NCBI GenBank assembly: GCA_038844925.1
Contig: JAWBQY010000001.1
Span: forward strand, 224,361 to 288,360
Reading direction: 5' to 3'
Source of the DNA: Sulfolobales archaeon
GTDB taxonomy: Archaea > Thermoproteota > Thermoprotei_A > Sulfolobales > NBVN01
DNA length: 64,000 bases
In this document: positions 38,717-49,792 of the stretch, piece by piece
Layout of the letters: every line of letters begins with the position of its first letter
Numbering within the stretch: position 1 is the first letter of the stretch
The notes under the pieces: model-generated
The model's database searches: none
Seen by the model: only the letters and a program-made list of their open reading frames with translations
What the model was told of the DNA's origin: nothing
Made by a program: the position numbers and the translations under genes

Positions 38717-40162
38717 TTAATACTTTTTAGCCAGCCTCATGAAAGTATGTGCCTTAGCTCCGCATACAACGCATCTGTGGTCTCCAACATCAGCGTCTAA
38801 TGGGCTGCCCAAGGCGTCACACTCTAATAACTCACTTAATTTTAACCCGCATTCATGCCTACCACACCAAGGTAGTTCTACGATACCCCTACTACTGCTT
38901 AAGAATTCTTTAGCACTTTCAATATCTGGAAATCTCTTAATTCTTGACTTAAACGCCTGCCAAGCCCTACTACTTAAATTTTCGTTATAGTTAATGCTGA
39001 TCTCCTCAATTTTACTTATAAGTTCTTCAAACCCTACCTTAACCCTCTCTAATGTATCCCTCCTGAATACCGTTACGTAGTTACCTTCAACTTCCTTCAT
39101 CCCTACCTCAATCCTTAGAGGAACTCCTTTAAACTCCCAGTAGTAGAACTTCTCACCAGGTCTTAAATCATCACGTAGATCTTCGTGTACCCTATAACCC
39201 TTACTCTTAAGTAACTCGTATATGGTGTGCGAGTACTTAAACACTTTGTCACGAGTCTCAGCGGTTATTAAAGGTATTATAACTATCTGTATGGGGGCTA
39301 CGTGGAATGGGAGTACTAAACCTCTCCGATCTCCATGTACTGCGAACATCGATGCTAGAGCACGTTCAGAGATCCCGTAACTTGTCTGCCAAGCATAATC
39401 TATACTTCCATCACTTTTCTGTATCCTCACCTCAAATACCTTAGTGAAGTTTTGACCGAGGTTATGCACGGTTCCGATCTGTAAAGCCCTACCATCAGGC
39501 AGTAAGGTATCAAAAGCTATGGTGTAGATAGCCCCCGCAAATTTATCCCACTCAGGCCTCTTAGATATTACGTAGGGAACCCCTAAGGAATCGAAGAACT
39601 TACTGTAAATTCCTATAGCTTCAATAACTTGCCTCTCACAATCAGTGAAGTCTTCGTGAAGTGTGTGGGCCTCCTTGAAAGTACTTACTTCTCTAACCCT
39701 AATCATAGCCCTAGTAGCTTTAGTCTCATACCTAAATATACTTACAACTTGATAGTACTTCTTAGGCAGTTGTTTATAGCTCTTAACCCAGAAGCTCTCT
39801 AAATACGTTAAGGATGTCTCACTAGTAGGTCTTAAAGCTAACTTAACGTCTAAAGGCTCTAAACCACCGTGGGTAACCCAGTAGACCTGATCTTCAAAAC
39901 CTCTGATGTGTTCAGACTCCTTTCTAATTATGTTCTCAGGTATTAGTAATGGTAGTAGTATCTCCTCATGCCCTGTCTCATCAAGCAATTTCCTTAAGAT
40001 GTTGATGACGTTCTCCCTAATTTTAAACCCGTAGGGCAGCCAAACACCCATACCCTTAGCTGGATACCTACCGTAATCATAAACCTCAGCTACTTCTAAA
40101 ACGTAGTCAAACCACTCGGAGAAGGACCTCCCAAGATCTCTGTATATGTTGCCCTCACTCAA
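38717..40162 (-). CDS. proS: Prolyl-tRNA synthetase (archaeal type)
   Basis: [35 protein letters not shown]-terminal AKKY. Confidence 0.97.
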   Translation of the reverse strand: MSEGNIYRDLGRSFSEWFDYVLEVAEVYDYGRYPAKGMGVWLPYGFKIRENVINILRKLLDETGHEEILLPLLIPENIIRKESEHIRGFEDQVYWVTHGGLEPLDVKLALRPTSETSLTYLESFWVKSYKQLPKKYYQVVSIFRYETKATRAMIRVREVSTFKEAHTLHEDFTDCERQVIEAIGIYSKFFDSLGVPYVISKRPEWDKFAGAIYTIAFDTLLPDGRALQIGTVHNLGQNFTKVFEVRIQKSDGSIDYAWQTSYGISERALASMFAVHGDRRGLVLPFHVAPIQIVIIPLITAETRDKVFKYSHTIYELLKSKGYRVHEDLRDDLRPGEKFYYWEFKGVPLRIEVGMKEVEGNYVTVFRRDTLERVKVGFEELISKIEEISINYNENLSSRAWQAFKSRIKRFPDIESAKEFLSSSRGIVELPWCGRHECGLKLSELLECDALGSPLDADVGDHRCVVCGAKAHTFMRLAKKY

Positions 40163-40379
40163 CCGTTAACACCAACAAGTAGTGATAATAGATGGTTTTA
40201 AAGTTAGCACTTAAACACGTATTTAGAAGTTATTAGTTATAAGGTATATCACATCTGAAGTGGGAAGTAATTACTATTAGAGAATACGGCTTATGAGGCT
40301 GGAGGCGGCTGCATAAAAATCATCAGATACTAAAGATTAAAAATACCGAAGTAAAAAACATAAGGAGAGGTGTGTAGCT

Positions 40380-40658
40380 ACGCCTAAGAAGAGGGAGAGT
40401 AGGGGCAGACATAAAGGTGGGAAAGGATCTGTTGGTGCTATACATTGCGATCAGTGTGGGAGGTTAACCCCTGAGGATAAAGCAGTATGCGTTACTAGGA
40501 CTTACTCACCAGTAGACCCACAACTAGCTAATGAGTTAGAGAAGAAAGGTGCTATAATTGCTAAATACCCCATCACTAAATGCTATTGTATTAGTTGTGC
40601 AATATTTTTAGGTATAATTAAAGTTAGATCTGAGGATGAAAGGAAGGTCGTCAGGTAA
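40380..40658 (+). CDS. rps26e: Ribosomal protein S26e, starting at ACG (missed by the ORF track)
   Basis: (M)PKKRESRGRHKGGKG...CDQCGR.TPEDKA...YCISCAIFLGIIKVRS; SD GAGGTG 7 nt upstream. Confidence 0.93.
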   Translation, partial: TPKKRESRGRHKGGKGSVGAIHCDQCGRLTPEDKAVCVTRTYSPVDPQLANELEKKGAIIAKYPITKCYCISCAIFLGIIKVRSEDERKVVR

Positions 40659-40673
40659 TTAGGTGGGGGTATA

Positions 40674-40961
40674 ATGCGCATACCAAAGAAGTTAAATAGC
40701 TACTGCCCTAGATGTAAGACCCACACAGAACACAGTGTTACTATATACAAGCACGGTAAGCGTAGGTCCTTAGCTGAAGGTGAGAGAAGGTATGCACGTA
40801 AGCAGAAAGGCTATGGTAGTAAGAGGAAGCCCGAGCAGAAGAGATTTGCAAAAGTTACTAAGAAAGTAGTTCTTAAGCTTAAGTGTTCGAAGTGTGGCTA
40901 TATAATTCATAGGAAGGGTATTAGGATTAAGAAGGCTGAGTTAGTTGAGGTGGTGAAGTAG
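40674..40961 (+). CDS. rpl44e: Ribosomal protein L44e
   Basis: [37 protein letters not shown]. Confidence 0.96.
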   Translation: MRIPKKLNSYCPRCKTHTEHSVTIYKHGKRRSLAEGERRYARKQKGYGSKRKPEQKRFAKVTKKVVLKLKCSKCGYIIHRKGIRIKKAELVEVVK

Positions 40962-41159
40962 GTGAAGAAGAAGAAAGTACTAATACCTATGCCTAGGTCT
41001 AAGTTTGTGAAGATTAGATGTCCGTCATGCGGTAATGAGCAAGTAGTATTCGACCACGCAACATTTCCCTCAAGATGTTTAGTATGTGGGGTGGTTCTCG
41101 TAGTACCTTCAGGCGGTAAGGCTAAGGTATTGGGTGAGTTAATAAAGATTATGAGTTGA
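40962..41159 (+). CDS. rps27e: Ribosomal protein S27e
   Basis: [20 protein letters not shown]...CLVCG...PSGGKA. Confidence 0.96.
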   Translation: MKKKKVLIPMPRSKFVKIRCPSCGNEQVVFDHATFPSRCLVCGVVLVVPSGGKAKVLGELIKIMS

Positions 41160-41160
41160 T

Positions 41161-41967
41161 GTGATGGTAAGGAAGCGTACTGAACTACCTGAGGTAGGGG
41201 ATTTAGTAATAGGAACGGTTACTAAAACATTTGAATATGGTGCCTACGTCCGTTTAGAAGAATTCGGAGGTCATGAGGCTTACCTACCTTGGAGTGAGGT
41301 AAGTAGTAAGTGGGTTAGAGATGTTAAGGAGTTCGTTAAGGAGGGTCAGAAGGTGGTAGCTAAGGTCATCCGAGTTGATAGGAAGAAGAAACATGTTGAT
41401 ATATCGCTTAAGAGGGTTAGTGATAGCGAGCAAAGGCGAAAACTACTTGAGTGGAAGAGGGCTCAGAGAGCTGAGAAAATACTTGAAGTTGTTGCATCAA
41501 GGTTAGGTAAAACATTAGACGATGCTTACAGGGAGGTTGGGTGGAAGTTAGAAGATAAGTATGGGGAAATATTCGGGGGCTTAGAACTTACTGCATATCA
41601 AGGTGAGGAGGTACTCAGGGAGGCTGGGGTTCCTGAGGAGTGGGTAGGCCCCATAATGGATGAGTTGAAGAAGCATATAGAGGTGAAGAAAGTTAAAATA
41701 CATGGGCTGCTGACATTAACTTCAACAGACCCTGACGGGGTGGAGAGGATTAGAGAGGTACTTCTAAAACCACTTAATGCATTAAGCAGTGAATTAGATA
41801 GAAATACATCAATTAAGGTCTATACTATAGGCGCTCCTAGATATAGGGTTGAGGTTATATCAGCTGATTATAAACAAGCTGAGAAAATCTTAAACACTTA
41901 CATATCTATAGCACAGGATATAGCTAAAACGCTTAACGTTAACTACAGCTTTGAGAGAGAACGTTAA
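41161..41967 (+). CDS. Translation initiation factor aIF2 alpha
   Basis: LPEVGDLVIGTV S1 domain, IDISLKRV-like motif, IGAPRYR. Confidence 0.95.
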   Translation: MMVRKRTELPEVGDLVIGTVTKTFEYGAYVRLEEFGGHEAYLPWSEVSSKWVRDVKEFVKEGQKVVAKVIRVDRKKKHVDISLKRVSDSEQRRKLLEWKRAQRAEKILEVVASRLGKTLDDAYREVGWKLEDKYGEIFGGLELTAYQGEEVLREAGVPEEWVGPIMDELKKHIEVKKVKIHGLLTLTSTDPDGVERIREVLLKPLNALSSELDRNTSIKVYTIGAPRYRVEVISADYKQAEKILNTYISIAQDIAKTLNVNYSFERER

Positions 41968-42125
41968 TGCGTTGGCTACTACGTAAGTGCCCTAAATGCG
42001 GGCTTTACACTTTTCAGGAATTCTGCCCTAAATGCAATGGAAAGACCCACGTTGCACACCCACCTAGATTCTCACCAACAGATAGATACGTAAGGTATAG
42101 ACTAATACTTAAAAACGAATTTTAA
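41967..42125 (+). CDS. nop10: H/ACA RNP protein Nop10 (below the ORF-track cutoff)
   Basis: MRWLLRKCPKCGLYTFQEFCPKCNGKTHVAHPPRFSPTDRYVRYR. Confidence 0.93.
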   Translation: MRWLLRKCPKCGLYTFQEFCPKCNGKTHVAHPPRFSPTDRYVRYRLILKNEF

Positions 42126-42126
42126 A

Positions 42127-42690
42127 TCACCAAGGCACGTCCTTAATCCCGAAAAGATATGCTATAAAATTAGTTAATGGATGGAGTATTAAAGATACTA
42201 CCATAGCTATAAGTAGGGACTGCAGGTCTAACGAAGTACTTAGCAGTAAATCCACACCAGACAACCTTATAATGAGGAACGAACCAAGTAGGTAGTCTAT
42301 CTGGTCGAAGGGTGGGAACGGTGCCCCTCCCCGCATCCCCAACCTTCGTTTAACGAACGCGTTAATTAGATCGCCTAGTAAAGCCCCTAAACTCATGAAG
42401 AAGGCGTATAAGACCCATAAACCATTCCCGAAAATATAGACGTATCCAAGACCTAATAGTAAACTCCCTGATAGGCCTAGTACGAACCCCTCCCAAGTCT
42501 TCCCATCACCTAAAACCCTCCTACCATCGATGAAGTTTTTATTAAAGTCTATAGGATGTCTATTTCGGAAGAACACTCTTACAAGCACCGGCAACGCGTT
42601 AGCAACCATTGCAGGCAGGAAGAGGATCAATGCCCGCACCACCATTACTACAGCTCCATCAAGATTCATACGCCAACCACTCAACACCAT
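42127..42690 (-). CDS. carS: CDP-archaeol synthase (DUF46)
   Basis: PAMVANALP, HPIDF, DGRRVLGDGKTWEG, GDLINAFVKRR, DQID. Confidence 0.9.
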   Translation of the reverse strand: MVLSGWRMNLDGAVVMVVRALILFLPAMVANALPVLVRVFFRNRHPIDFNKNFIDGRRVLGDGKTWEGFVLGLSGSLLLGLGYVYIFGNGLWVLYAFFMSLGALLGDLINAFVKRRLGMRGGAPFPPFDQIDYLLGSFLIIRLSGVDLLLSTSLDLQSLLIAMVVSLILHPLTNFIAYLFGIKDVPW

Positions 42691-43288
42691 TACTAGTAAT
42701 TACATATCTCATCTCTAAATTAGCTTCTTTAGGAAATTCAGTAAGTAGCCTTCTCACGTTCCTCCCAACTTTCTCAAGCTTGAATACGTAATCACACCAG
42801 TACCTAAGTATTTGAAAACCACTCATTCTGACGTCATCGTCGAAACCGCTTACCTGAGCTGCAAGCAAACACGTAGTACCGTTATTAACACTCATATCGT
42901 TCAGTAAGGCCAATATCGTGTTGAAGACCCTGTTTGAGTGAGGCTCGTAGCTAACCTCAACTCTATAGAAATTATTCACGGTATCTATAGCTATTGCCTT
43001 TAAATCCTTCCTCAAATTCTTATAGACGTCAAGTACTAGTTGAAGTAAGCTATTGCTGTCGTATACGTCTATAAATAGAGCATTTTCTGAAAATCCGTAT
43101 CTGTCTAGAATGGCTGAGTATAAAGGTCCTTCAGTACTCACATATACGACCTTCCCACACGAAGTAATTGAAATAAGACTTAAGAATTGCAGTATTATGT
43201 TTGTTTTACCAGCTCCTGCCTCACCGTATATTAGTGAGACCTTACCTTCAACCAGCTTAAGAAGTTCGTCAACCTTAATACCCACCAC
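42659..43288 (-). CDS. RadB-like RecA-family ATPase
   Basis: YGEAGAGKT, YVSTEG, IAIDTV. Confidence 0.75.
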   Translation of the reverse strand: MVGIKVDELLKLVEGKVSLIYGEAGAGKTNIILQFLSLISITSCGKVVYVSTEGPLYSAILDRYGFSENALFIDVYDSNSLLQLVLDVYKNLRKDLKAIAIDTVNNFYRVEVSYEPHSNRVFNTILALLNDMSVNNGTTCLLAAQVSGFDDDVRMSGFQILRYWCDYVFKLEKVGRNVRRLLTEFPKEANLEMRYVITSNGVEWLAYES

Positions 43289-43365
43289 CTTATATAGGGA
43301 GGACCGTGCTGGAGACTCAATAAAACTTTATTATTAAACGCTTAAATAACTATCATGGTGGTTGC

Positions 43366-44055
43366 ATAGTCAGACGTCGCGGGAAGGAAGTAGAAGTAGC
43401 TGCATTCATATACAATCCTAGACTACTCATAAGTGTGTTGAATGCTGTGAAAAATTATGGTATAAAGATTTTCGTACCTGAAGATATTAACTCCCTTAAG
43501 AACTACCGAGATGTGCTACTAGTAGATGATGAAGGTTTAGACATACTGAGAACTCGCTTAGGTATTAACCCAGTAAATCACTACTTAATTCATGATGACG
43601 CTTCAATATACAGATTTATAGTTAAGGTCTTCGGCATTAAAGATGTTAGAGTTCTTCAGGTCGGGATGGACGTTGGTAGAAGGCTTGCCTACGTAATCCT
43701 CTGCGATAATATACTCCTCAAGGCAGGGTATATATCAAGACTTAAAGACCTAATAGAAACTGTCGAAGAGTTTAGGAAAATCTTAACGCCAAGTAAGGTC
43801 GTCATAAAGTTGGGTAGTTCAGCAGGCACTAATAATCAGAAGATCAACATGTTTGTGAGGGAGTTAATCCTATCAGGATTTGAGGTCGTAGTAGCAGATG
43901 AGAGTAACTCATCATCTAAGACATGGAATAAATTAGACGGTTATAAAATTAAGTTTACGACAGACATACATGCAGCTTTAAACATAGCATTTAGGGAGGG
44001 GGTTAAATTCAGTAAAGCGCAACAGAATTTAACACGTGATTCGGCGGACTATTGA
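43366..44055 (+). CDS. Hypothetical protein with an RNase H-like (YqgF-like) C-terminal domain; probable ATA start
   Basis: VGMDVG, VADESNSS, DIHAALNIA; frame open upstream of GTG 43435 to ATA 43366 after GGTGG. Confidence 0.6.
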   Translation: MVRRRGKEVEVAAFIYNPRLLISVLNAVKNYGIKIFVPEDINSLKNYRDVLLVDDEGLDILRTRLGINPVNHYLIHDDASIYRFIVKVFGIKDVRVLQVGMDVGRRLAYVILCDNILLKAGYISRLKDLIETVEEFRKILTPSKVVIKLGSSAGTNNQKINMFVRELILSGFEVVVADESNSSSKTWNKLDGYKIKFTTDIHAALNIAFREGVKFSKAQQNLTRDSADY

Positions 44056-44871
44056 ATATATGTTTAATAGTGTTTCAACATCTAATTGGTAGACCCTCTT
44101 ACCTTCGGTTAAACTCTCTAACTTTAAGACGTCCTCACCACTTAAGCTACCTCTTAAGCAATTCCTCAATACCTTTCTAGCTAGCTTTCTCTTCTGATTA
44201 AACAAACACCTAATTAAGTCTTCATACACTCTCCACTCATCACTCCACTCTCTAATCCTCATTAAAACTACTACCCTGGAATACACTTTAGGACGTGGTG
44301 TGAAGGATGAAGGAGGGTAAAGTCCCCCTAATTCTACATTCATAAATGTATTGACCATAGCCGTCAGCCTACTGTAGCCCTTACTACCAGGTAGTGCTGT
44401 AAGGCGTTCAGCAACCTCGTTCTGAAGTGTGAGTACCGCCGCCCTACAATTAGACTTAACGATAGAGTTAATTAACGGACCAGTAATACTATACGGTACG
44501 TTAGATACTATTATGTCCGCCTCCCTCAACCCGGAATGAAGTAGGAGAAGTCCGTCGCCGACTAAGACATCAACTACTCTAAAACCTACCTCCCTATTTA
44601 AGAAATCCACAGCTACACCGGCCAACTTACTGTCCAACTCTACTGATACTACGTAATTAGCTACATCGCTTAAGCAAGCAGTAAGTAATCCCAAACCTGT
44701 ACCGATCTCTACCACCCTAGACGGTCTTAACTTAGAGACATGTTCTAAGACCTCGTAGAGCAGCTTCCTATCCACTATAAAATGCTGACTTAACTTCCTC
44801 CTCGCTCTAACACCGTGTAGGCGTAGTAAGTACTTCGTAATCTTATCTAAATCTAGATAACGTAATTCCAT
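44029..44871 (-). CDS. ksgA: 16S rRNA m6,2A dimethyltransferase
   Basis: LSQHF, EIGTGLGLLT, VSNVPYSIT, QNEVAERL, FTPRPKVYS. Confidence 0.93.
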   Translation of the reverse strand: MELRYLDLDKITKYLLRLHGVRARRKLSQHFIVDRKLLYEVLEHVSKLRPSRVVEIGTGLGLLTACLSDVANYVVSVELDSKLAGVAVDFLNREVGFRVVDVLVGDGLLLLHSGLREADIIVSNVPYSITGPLINSIVKSNCRAAVLTLQNEVAERLTALPGSKGYSRLTAMVNTFMNVELGGLYPPSSFTPRPKVYSRVVVLMRIREWSDEWRVYEDLIRCLFNQKRKLARKVLRNCLRGSLSGEDVLKLESLTEGKRVYQLDVETLLNIYSIVRRITC

Positions 44872-44959
44872 AGACGGTGACCACTTTACCCATATCTTAA
44901 ATTGTAAAAAGTAATCAAGGTTTATTAGTTCTTTAGGTATTTATATCATTGATCAAGGA

Positions 44960-45622
44960 TTGAGTGCTGAGGAAAGAGTTTTAAGTTATTTGAGAGTCAA
45001 TCCCGGAGCAACTCCTAGGGAGATAGCTGATGCGTTAGGTATGAGTCTAACATCGGTTAGAATAGCTATAAATAGGCTTAGAGAGTTGGGACAGGTTATT
45101 AGGAGTAGTAGGGGTGGTTACGTTGTTAGGGTATCCCAAGACGCTGTGTTTAATGACTACGTTCATAGTACTACTCAACATCCGGTCAGCAAAGATTTAC
45201 TGAAAATTATAGATGAATTAGTCAGTAAGGTTAGTAGTTTAGAGAGTAGGATTGAGAGGTTAGAAAGTGAGGTCAGACTTATTAAGAAGTCATTACCTAA
45301 GATGCCTACGAAGCGCTCAGCTAGTGGGGATGTGGATAAGTTTCTCTCAACGCTGAGGTTAAGAGGAGTTATGAGTGTTGATGAAGTCAGAGGGTTATCA
45401 CTTGAGAGACCTTTAGATGACTACGTAAGTAGTGGGAAGGTCGTCATTGTAGGGGATCTGGTAGTATGTCCTGACTTCCTAAACTCATTTAAGTCTAAAT
45501 TCCCCATTAAGGTATCTGATATTAATAGCCTGAGTAGTGAGGAGGTAAAGCTTTTAGAAGCTTTAGTTAGGACTAATCAAGTATATCTATTCTCAGGTGT
45601 TGAGTATAGGATCTTAGATTAA
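44960..45622 (+). CDS. HTH DNA-binding protein with coiled coil
   Basis: NPGATPREIADALG HTH followed by the LESRIERLESEV heptads. Confidence 0.75.
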   Translation: MSAEERVLSYLRVNPGATPREIADALGMSLTSVRIAINRLRELGQVIRSSRGGYVVRVSQDAVFNDYVHSTTQHPVSKDLLKIIDELVSKVSSLESRIERLESEVRLIKKSLPKMPTKRSASGDVDKFLSTLRLRGVMSVDEVRGLSLERPLDDYVSSGKVVIVGDLVVCPDFLNSFKSKFPIKVSDINSLSSEEVKLLEALVRTNQVYLFSGVEYRILD

Positions 45623-46401
45623 ATCCTCCCGGAAAGTACATCTACGATTAATTTAGTCAGTCTATCCATAATAGAATTAACAAGTCTAACCCCCTTCTCA
45701 TAATTAGCCTTATCTGGATTTCCATAACTTCCTGGAAGTCTCTTAAAGCCTTCAAACCTATAAACATATGCCTTAGGTCTTTTAGTAAGGTCTAGACTAT
45801 GCCAGAAATCATCATATCTTCTATCAACTTCAGAACCTACAGCCCTCTCACTAACTACTCTAATGTTTAAAGCTATTGCAATACTCGTTTCAATCTCATC
45901 TGCGTGGAAGAACTTACTCTCAAATACTTCATTAATCACATCACCTACTAACTCCCACCAAGAGGTTACTATCACAAGAGAGTCCCCACCTACATCGTTA
46001 ACAACTCTTCTAGCAACTACCTTTAACGCGTCGGAGTTGCCGGCATGTCCGTTGAGTATTAAAACCTTCTTAATACCACACCTCATGATAGACTTAATTA
46101 AGTCATATAGATAATTCATGAAGGAAGCCTCACTAACTTCTAACGTCCCGGGATTACCTGACCACATGCTACTTAATCCGTAGGGTATTGGAGGAAGCTT
46201 AATTACCTTAATCCCTGAGCTACGCACTCTTTCCACGAACCTCTTAGCTAACTCATCAACTATTAAGTAATCAAGACCTAATGGTAAGTGCAAACCATGT
46301 TGTTCGATACTACCAACTGGTAGTAATGCTATGGTAGAATCGTCAACAGTTTCCTCAAACTCAACCCACGTGATTAAGTCCCAGAAAGACATTAAACCCA
46401 C
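45619..46401 (-). CDS. Creatininase-family amidohydrolase
   Basis: PVGSIEQHGLHLP, NGHAGN, HADEIETS. Confidence 0.9.
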   Translation of the reverse strand: MGLMSFWDLITWVEFEETVDDSTIALLPVGSIEQHGLHLPLGLDYLIVDELAKRFVERVRSSGIKVIKLPPIPYGLSSMWSGNPGTLEVSEASFMNYLYDLIKSIMRCGIKKVLILNGHAGNSDALKVVARRVVNDVGGDSLVIVTSWWELVGDVINEVFESKFFHADEIETSIAIALNIRVVSERAVGSEVDRRYDDFWHSLDLTKRPKAYVYRFEGFKRLPGSYGNPDKANYEKGVRLVNSIMDRLTKLIVDVLSGRI

Positions 46402-46413
46402 TACGTTGGAGGC

Positions 46414-47727
46414 TTATTCTAACGCTTTTAATATGTCGGGAGGTACTTTAAAAGTATATTTAACCTCGGTGAACTCCTTCCTAAACTCTATGACCTTCCT
46501 CTTAACCTCGGTAGGGTCTTTACGGTTGATGAGTAAGTCTCTCATAATGATTGCGATTTCCTTGAAATCCGATTCCACAGCCCCATATCTAGTCATTTCC
46601 TGAGTGCCTAATCTTATACCGCTTGGATTCTTAACAGCTTCAGGAGGGTCCCACGGAAGTAAGTTCTTATTAACTATTATGTTAGCTGATTCAAGTTCTT
46701 GAGCCACTTTAGAGCCACCACCTAAGTCCGTAACATCAACTACTAACATGTGTGATTTAGTAAACCCTAAGTTCTCTGCAAGTACTTTAAAGCCTTCAGA
46801 ACATAAGGCCTCTGCGAAAGCTCTAGCATTTCTAACTACTTGATCTGCGTACGACTCACCAAAGTACTTCATCTCAATTGCTGTTACAGCTGTAGCTGGC
46901 AGTCTATGTAAGTGATGATTGCTTACAAACCACGGAAATATGACCCTAGACACCGCCTTATACAACTCACCATCATTAGTGAAGATTAAACCTCCCTGAG
47001 GTCCTGGAAACGTCTTATGAGTCGATGATGTAGCTATATCAGCTCCCTCATGGATTGGGTTAGGCCACTTCTTACCGACTATTAATCCAAGAACATGGGC
47101 TACGTCGTGAACTACGTATGCGCCAACCTCATGTGCTGCCTCAGCAATTTCCTTATTCGGATGTGGAAATAAGTAAACGCTAGCACCTAATGTTACGAAC
47201 TTAGGCCTTAAATCACTAATCATCTTAATAGCTTTATCAACATCTATATTCCACGAGTCTGTATCGAAAGGCATCTCAACATGCTCTATGCCTAAAGCAC
47301 CTAAAGTACCGAACTTAGTATGCGATACGTGGGCGCCTGCCTGAACAGGTGCTATTAAAGCCTTATCCCCAGGATTACCGAGAACTCTAAACACAGTAGC
47401 ATTAGCTATAGTACCACTTATAGCTCTAGGCTCTACGTAATTAACATTAAGTAGCTCGCCAAACAACTTAGAAACCATCTCCTCAACAATGTCCACATAC
47501 TTAGTCCCCTGGTAATATCTCTTACCGGGTCTCCCCTCAGCATATCTATGCATCATATCACTAAGGTAGACAGACTCCGCCAACGGAGACATAACGTTCT
47601 CAGATGCAATTAAGTTAATACACTCAAACTTCCTCCATCTGTTATGACTTCCAACAACATTAATTAGATACACCAACTCATTAGGTACGTTAATACCCAC
47701 CACCCAACCCTTCAAACTAACTCTCAA
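46414..47727 (-). CDS. glyA: Serine hydroxymethyltransferase
   Basis: [38 protein letters not shown]. Confidence 0.96.
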   Translation of the reverse strand: MRVSLKGWVVGINVPNELVYLINVVGSHNRWRKFECINLIASENVMSPLAESVYLSDMMHRYAEGRPGKRYYQGTKYVDIVEEMVSKLFGELLNVNYVEPRAISGTIANATVFRVLGNPGDKALIAPVQAGAHVSHTKFGTLGALGIEHVEMPFDTDSWNIDVDKAIKMISDLRPKFVTLGASVYLFPHPNKEIAEAAHEVGAYVVHDVAHVLGLIVGKKWPNPIHEGADIATSSTHKTFPGPQGGLIFTNDGELYKAVSRVIFPWFVSNHHLHRLPATAVTAIEMKYFGESYADQVVRNARAFAEALCSEGFKVLAENLGFTKSHMLVVDVTDLGGGSKVAQELESANIIVNKNLLPWDPPEAVKNPSGIRLGTQEMTRYGAVESDFKEIAIIMRDLLINRKDPTEVKRKVIEFRKEFTEVKYTFKVPPDILKALE

Positions 47728-47936
47728 AACAATTTATATTTTACCTCTACCTACTATCCAAGCCGACATTGAGAAATGCTTACCGTGTTAGAATGTATTC
47801 ATAGTTGGAAATCAGTATTGATGTGTTAGCAACTACTTCTTAGCCTCAAGTTTTTTAGGTTATCTTAGATTCCTTAACTCTTATAAAGTAATTAAGCAGT
47901 TTCCAAAACCCTTGAATGTGGTGTGTCGGTCGGTAA

Positions 47937-47995
47937 CCAGGGTTCTGAAAACCTGCAGTAGTCCGCGGGAAGGTTCGGAGAGGTAGGTAAACTAC
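47937..47995 (+). repeat. Dispersed ~60-bp repeat, copy 2
   Basis: CCAGGGTTCTGAAAACCTGCAGTAGTCCGCGGGAAGGTTCGGAGAGGTAG...AACTAC, homologous to 33704-33763. Confidence 0.7.
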
Positions 47996-48037
47996 ATTAA
48001 GAAGAACGAAAACCTAAGTGGAGAACGTTACTCCAAC

Positions 48038-49792
48038 CTAGATAAATCCTATCATAGACATTGTGATCATTAATACGGTCAGTGTTAGCAGTACCGCTAT
48101 TATTGAATGTGTAAACCCTGCAGCTAATACCATCCTCGATAACTTACCAGCTACTATTCCAGTAATATATGAATTAATTAAAGCTCCGATAGATAGAGTT
48201 GCGATAATCCCTGTAAGCATTTCTGGTTGCGTTCTTAAGCCGGCAGACATAGTTAACTGCCACACAATTATTAGAGGAGCGGATGAGATCATTATGATGC
48301 CGAAATATGGTAAGAGTACGTAAGCCCTTAAACTACGTCTTAACTCTATTTCGGAGTCTGACAACCCTTGAGCGAAGATAGCTAATGCCTCAATGATTTC
48401 AGGACTTCCACCACCATATAGTACAGAATCTACTAAAAACCTGAATACTATTGCGATAAACCAGTCTCTTAACCTCCTCATACTCCTAGCTAATGCCTTA
48501 TCTAAGGTGATACCCATTGATATTGCAGTAGCCGCCCTCTTCACAATAGTTGTTAAATTGCCATAACTCCTTTGAGATAGAGTTACGATGCACTTCTCAG
48601 GACTTAACCCAGTCTTCCTAACCTCACTTAAATCTCTTAAAAATTCAGCCAAAGACTTAGACACACCCCTAGTCCCTCTAGACTCTAATGTGTAAACTAA
48701 TGAGGGAGGAATTGAGACTGTTAGAAGACCCACACCTAAGGAAATCACTAGAACGACGACATCCCAAGGCCTAAGAACTCCTTTAAAAATGTGTAGCGAG
48801 CCACCTATCACTATTACCGACGCCATGGCAAGTACTGCAAAGGGTATGGAAATCAATAACGTGTAATACGGCGACCTAATTGGTAACTCAGTTTTGGGAA
48901 GAGTAACATGTACTAAAATCAATATTATAGCACTTAAAGCTGGTAATACAATATTAACATATAGTATGGGCATCGAGAGGTCCGCTATAGAACTAAATCT
49001 GGGACCACCGGTAATTGACATTGCACCACCTGCTGCGTAAAAGGTAAATACTGTTATTAAAACCACAACTCCAAGTATGATGTATAATTCCATAAATGCT
49101 GTTAATCTCTCAATCACTGCCTTCACATCAGCAGATCGACTGTCTAAGAGCTCTTTTGTCTTAACCTCGAGGTAGTGGGATACGTCACCACCACTCCTTA
49201 ACGTAGTTACGTAGCCTAACATTAAGTCTCTAAACTTAGTGCTTGGATGATCGTAAGCAACCTTCTCAATAGCAGATAACGGATCTGCTCCAAACATTTT
49301 CACAAGTCTTAGGATTTCACTAGCTTCCCTCCTCATGTATTTGAAGAGTTTTAACCTAGAGACCCTTTCCAAGCATTTCTCAACAGTGAGGCCTCCTTTA
49401 ACCATAGTTGTTACGTATACGGAGAAGAAAGGTAATTCAGACTCTACGTACAACTTTCTGAAGAAAGCACTTAACGAAGGGTAGATAAGTCCTATAGCAA
49501 ATGCTATAATACATGATATTACCGGTGTTAGTAAAAGTAAGAGTTTAACAAGTAGAGCGAATTGTAATACCATTACTAATATACCGACAACTATTAAGGA
49601 AATAATACCGCTTAATAAAGTGATGAGGAGTACCCTACATGCATAAACCTTCGGATGTATGTAGAGTCCAGCTATTTTAAGACTTTTATCTAATTCGAAC
49701 GTCTTAGCTATAGTTGGGGATACCCTCTCAAATAGTGTTAACGCAATGGCATCAAAATATACTATTAATGCTGAAGTGAGTTTTTTACTCAC
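48038..49792 (-). CDS. Type IV pilus platform membrane protein (TadC/AapF/UpsF-like)
   Basis: Two T2SSF-like domains (ELPFFSVYV; FLRDLSEVRKTGLSPEK) and many TM helices. Confidence 0.85.
   Translation of the reverse strand: MSKKLTSALIVYFDAIALTLFERVSPTIAKTFELDKSLKIAGLYIHPKVYACRVLLITLLSGIISLIVVGILVMVLQFALLVKLLLLLTPVISCIIAFAIGLIYPSLSAFFRKLYVESELPFFSVYVTTMVKGGLTVEKCLERVSRLKLFKYMRREASEILRLVKMFGADPLSAIEKVAYDHPSTKFRDLMLGYVTTLRSGGDVSHYLEVKTKELLDSRSADVKAVIERLTAFMELYIILGVVVLITVFTFYAAGGAMSITGGPRFSSIADLSMPILYVNIVLPALSAIILILVHVTLPKTELPIRSPYYTLLISIPFAVLAMASVIVIGGSLHIFKGVLRPWDVVVLVISLGVGLLTVSIPPSLVYTLESRGTRGVSKSLAEFLRDLSEVRKTGLSPEKCIVTLSQRSYGNLTTIVKRAATAISMGITLDKALARSMRRLRDWFIAIVFRFLVDSVLYGGGSPEIIEALAIFAQGLSDSEIELRRSLRAYVLLPYFGIIMISSAPLIIVWQLTMSAGLRTQPEMLTGIIATLSIGALINSYITGIVAGKLSRMVLAAGFTHSIIAVLLTLTVLMITMSMIGFI

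Noticed and set aside
40255-40330. Possible C/D sRNA (CTGATGA on the minus strand)
   Set aside because: No convincing D', C' or D boxes at proper spacing
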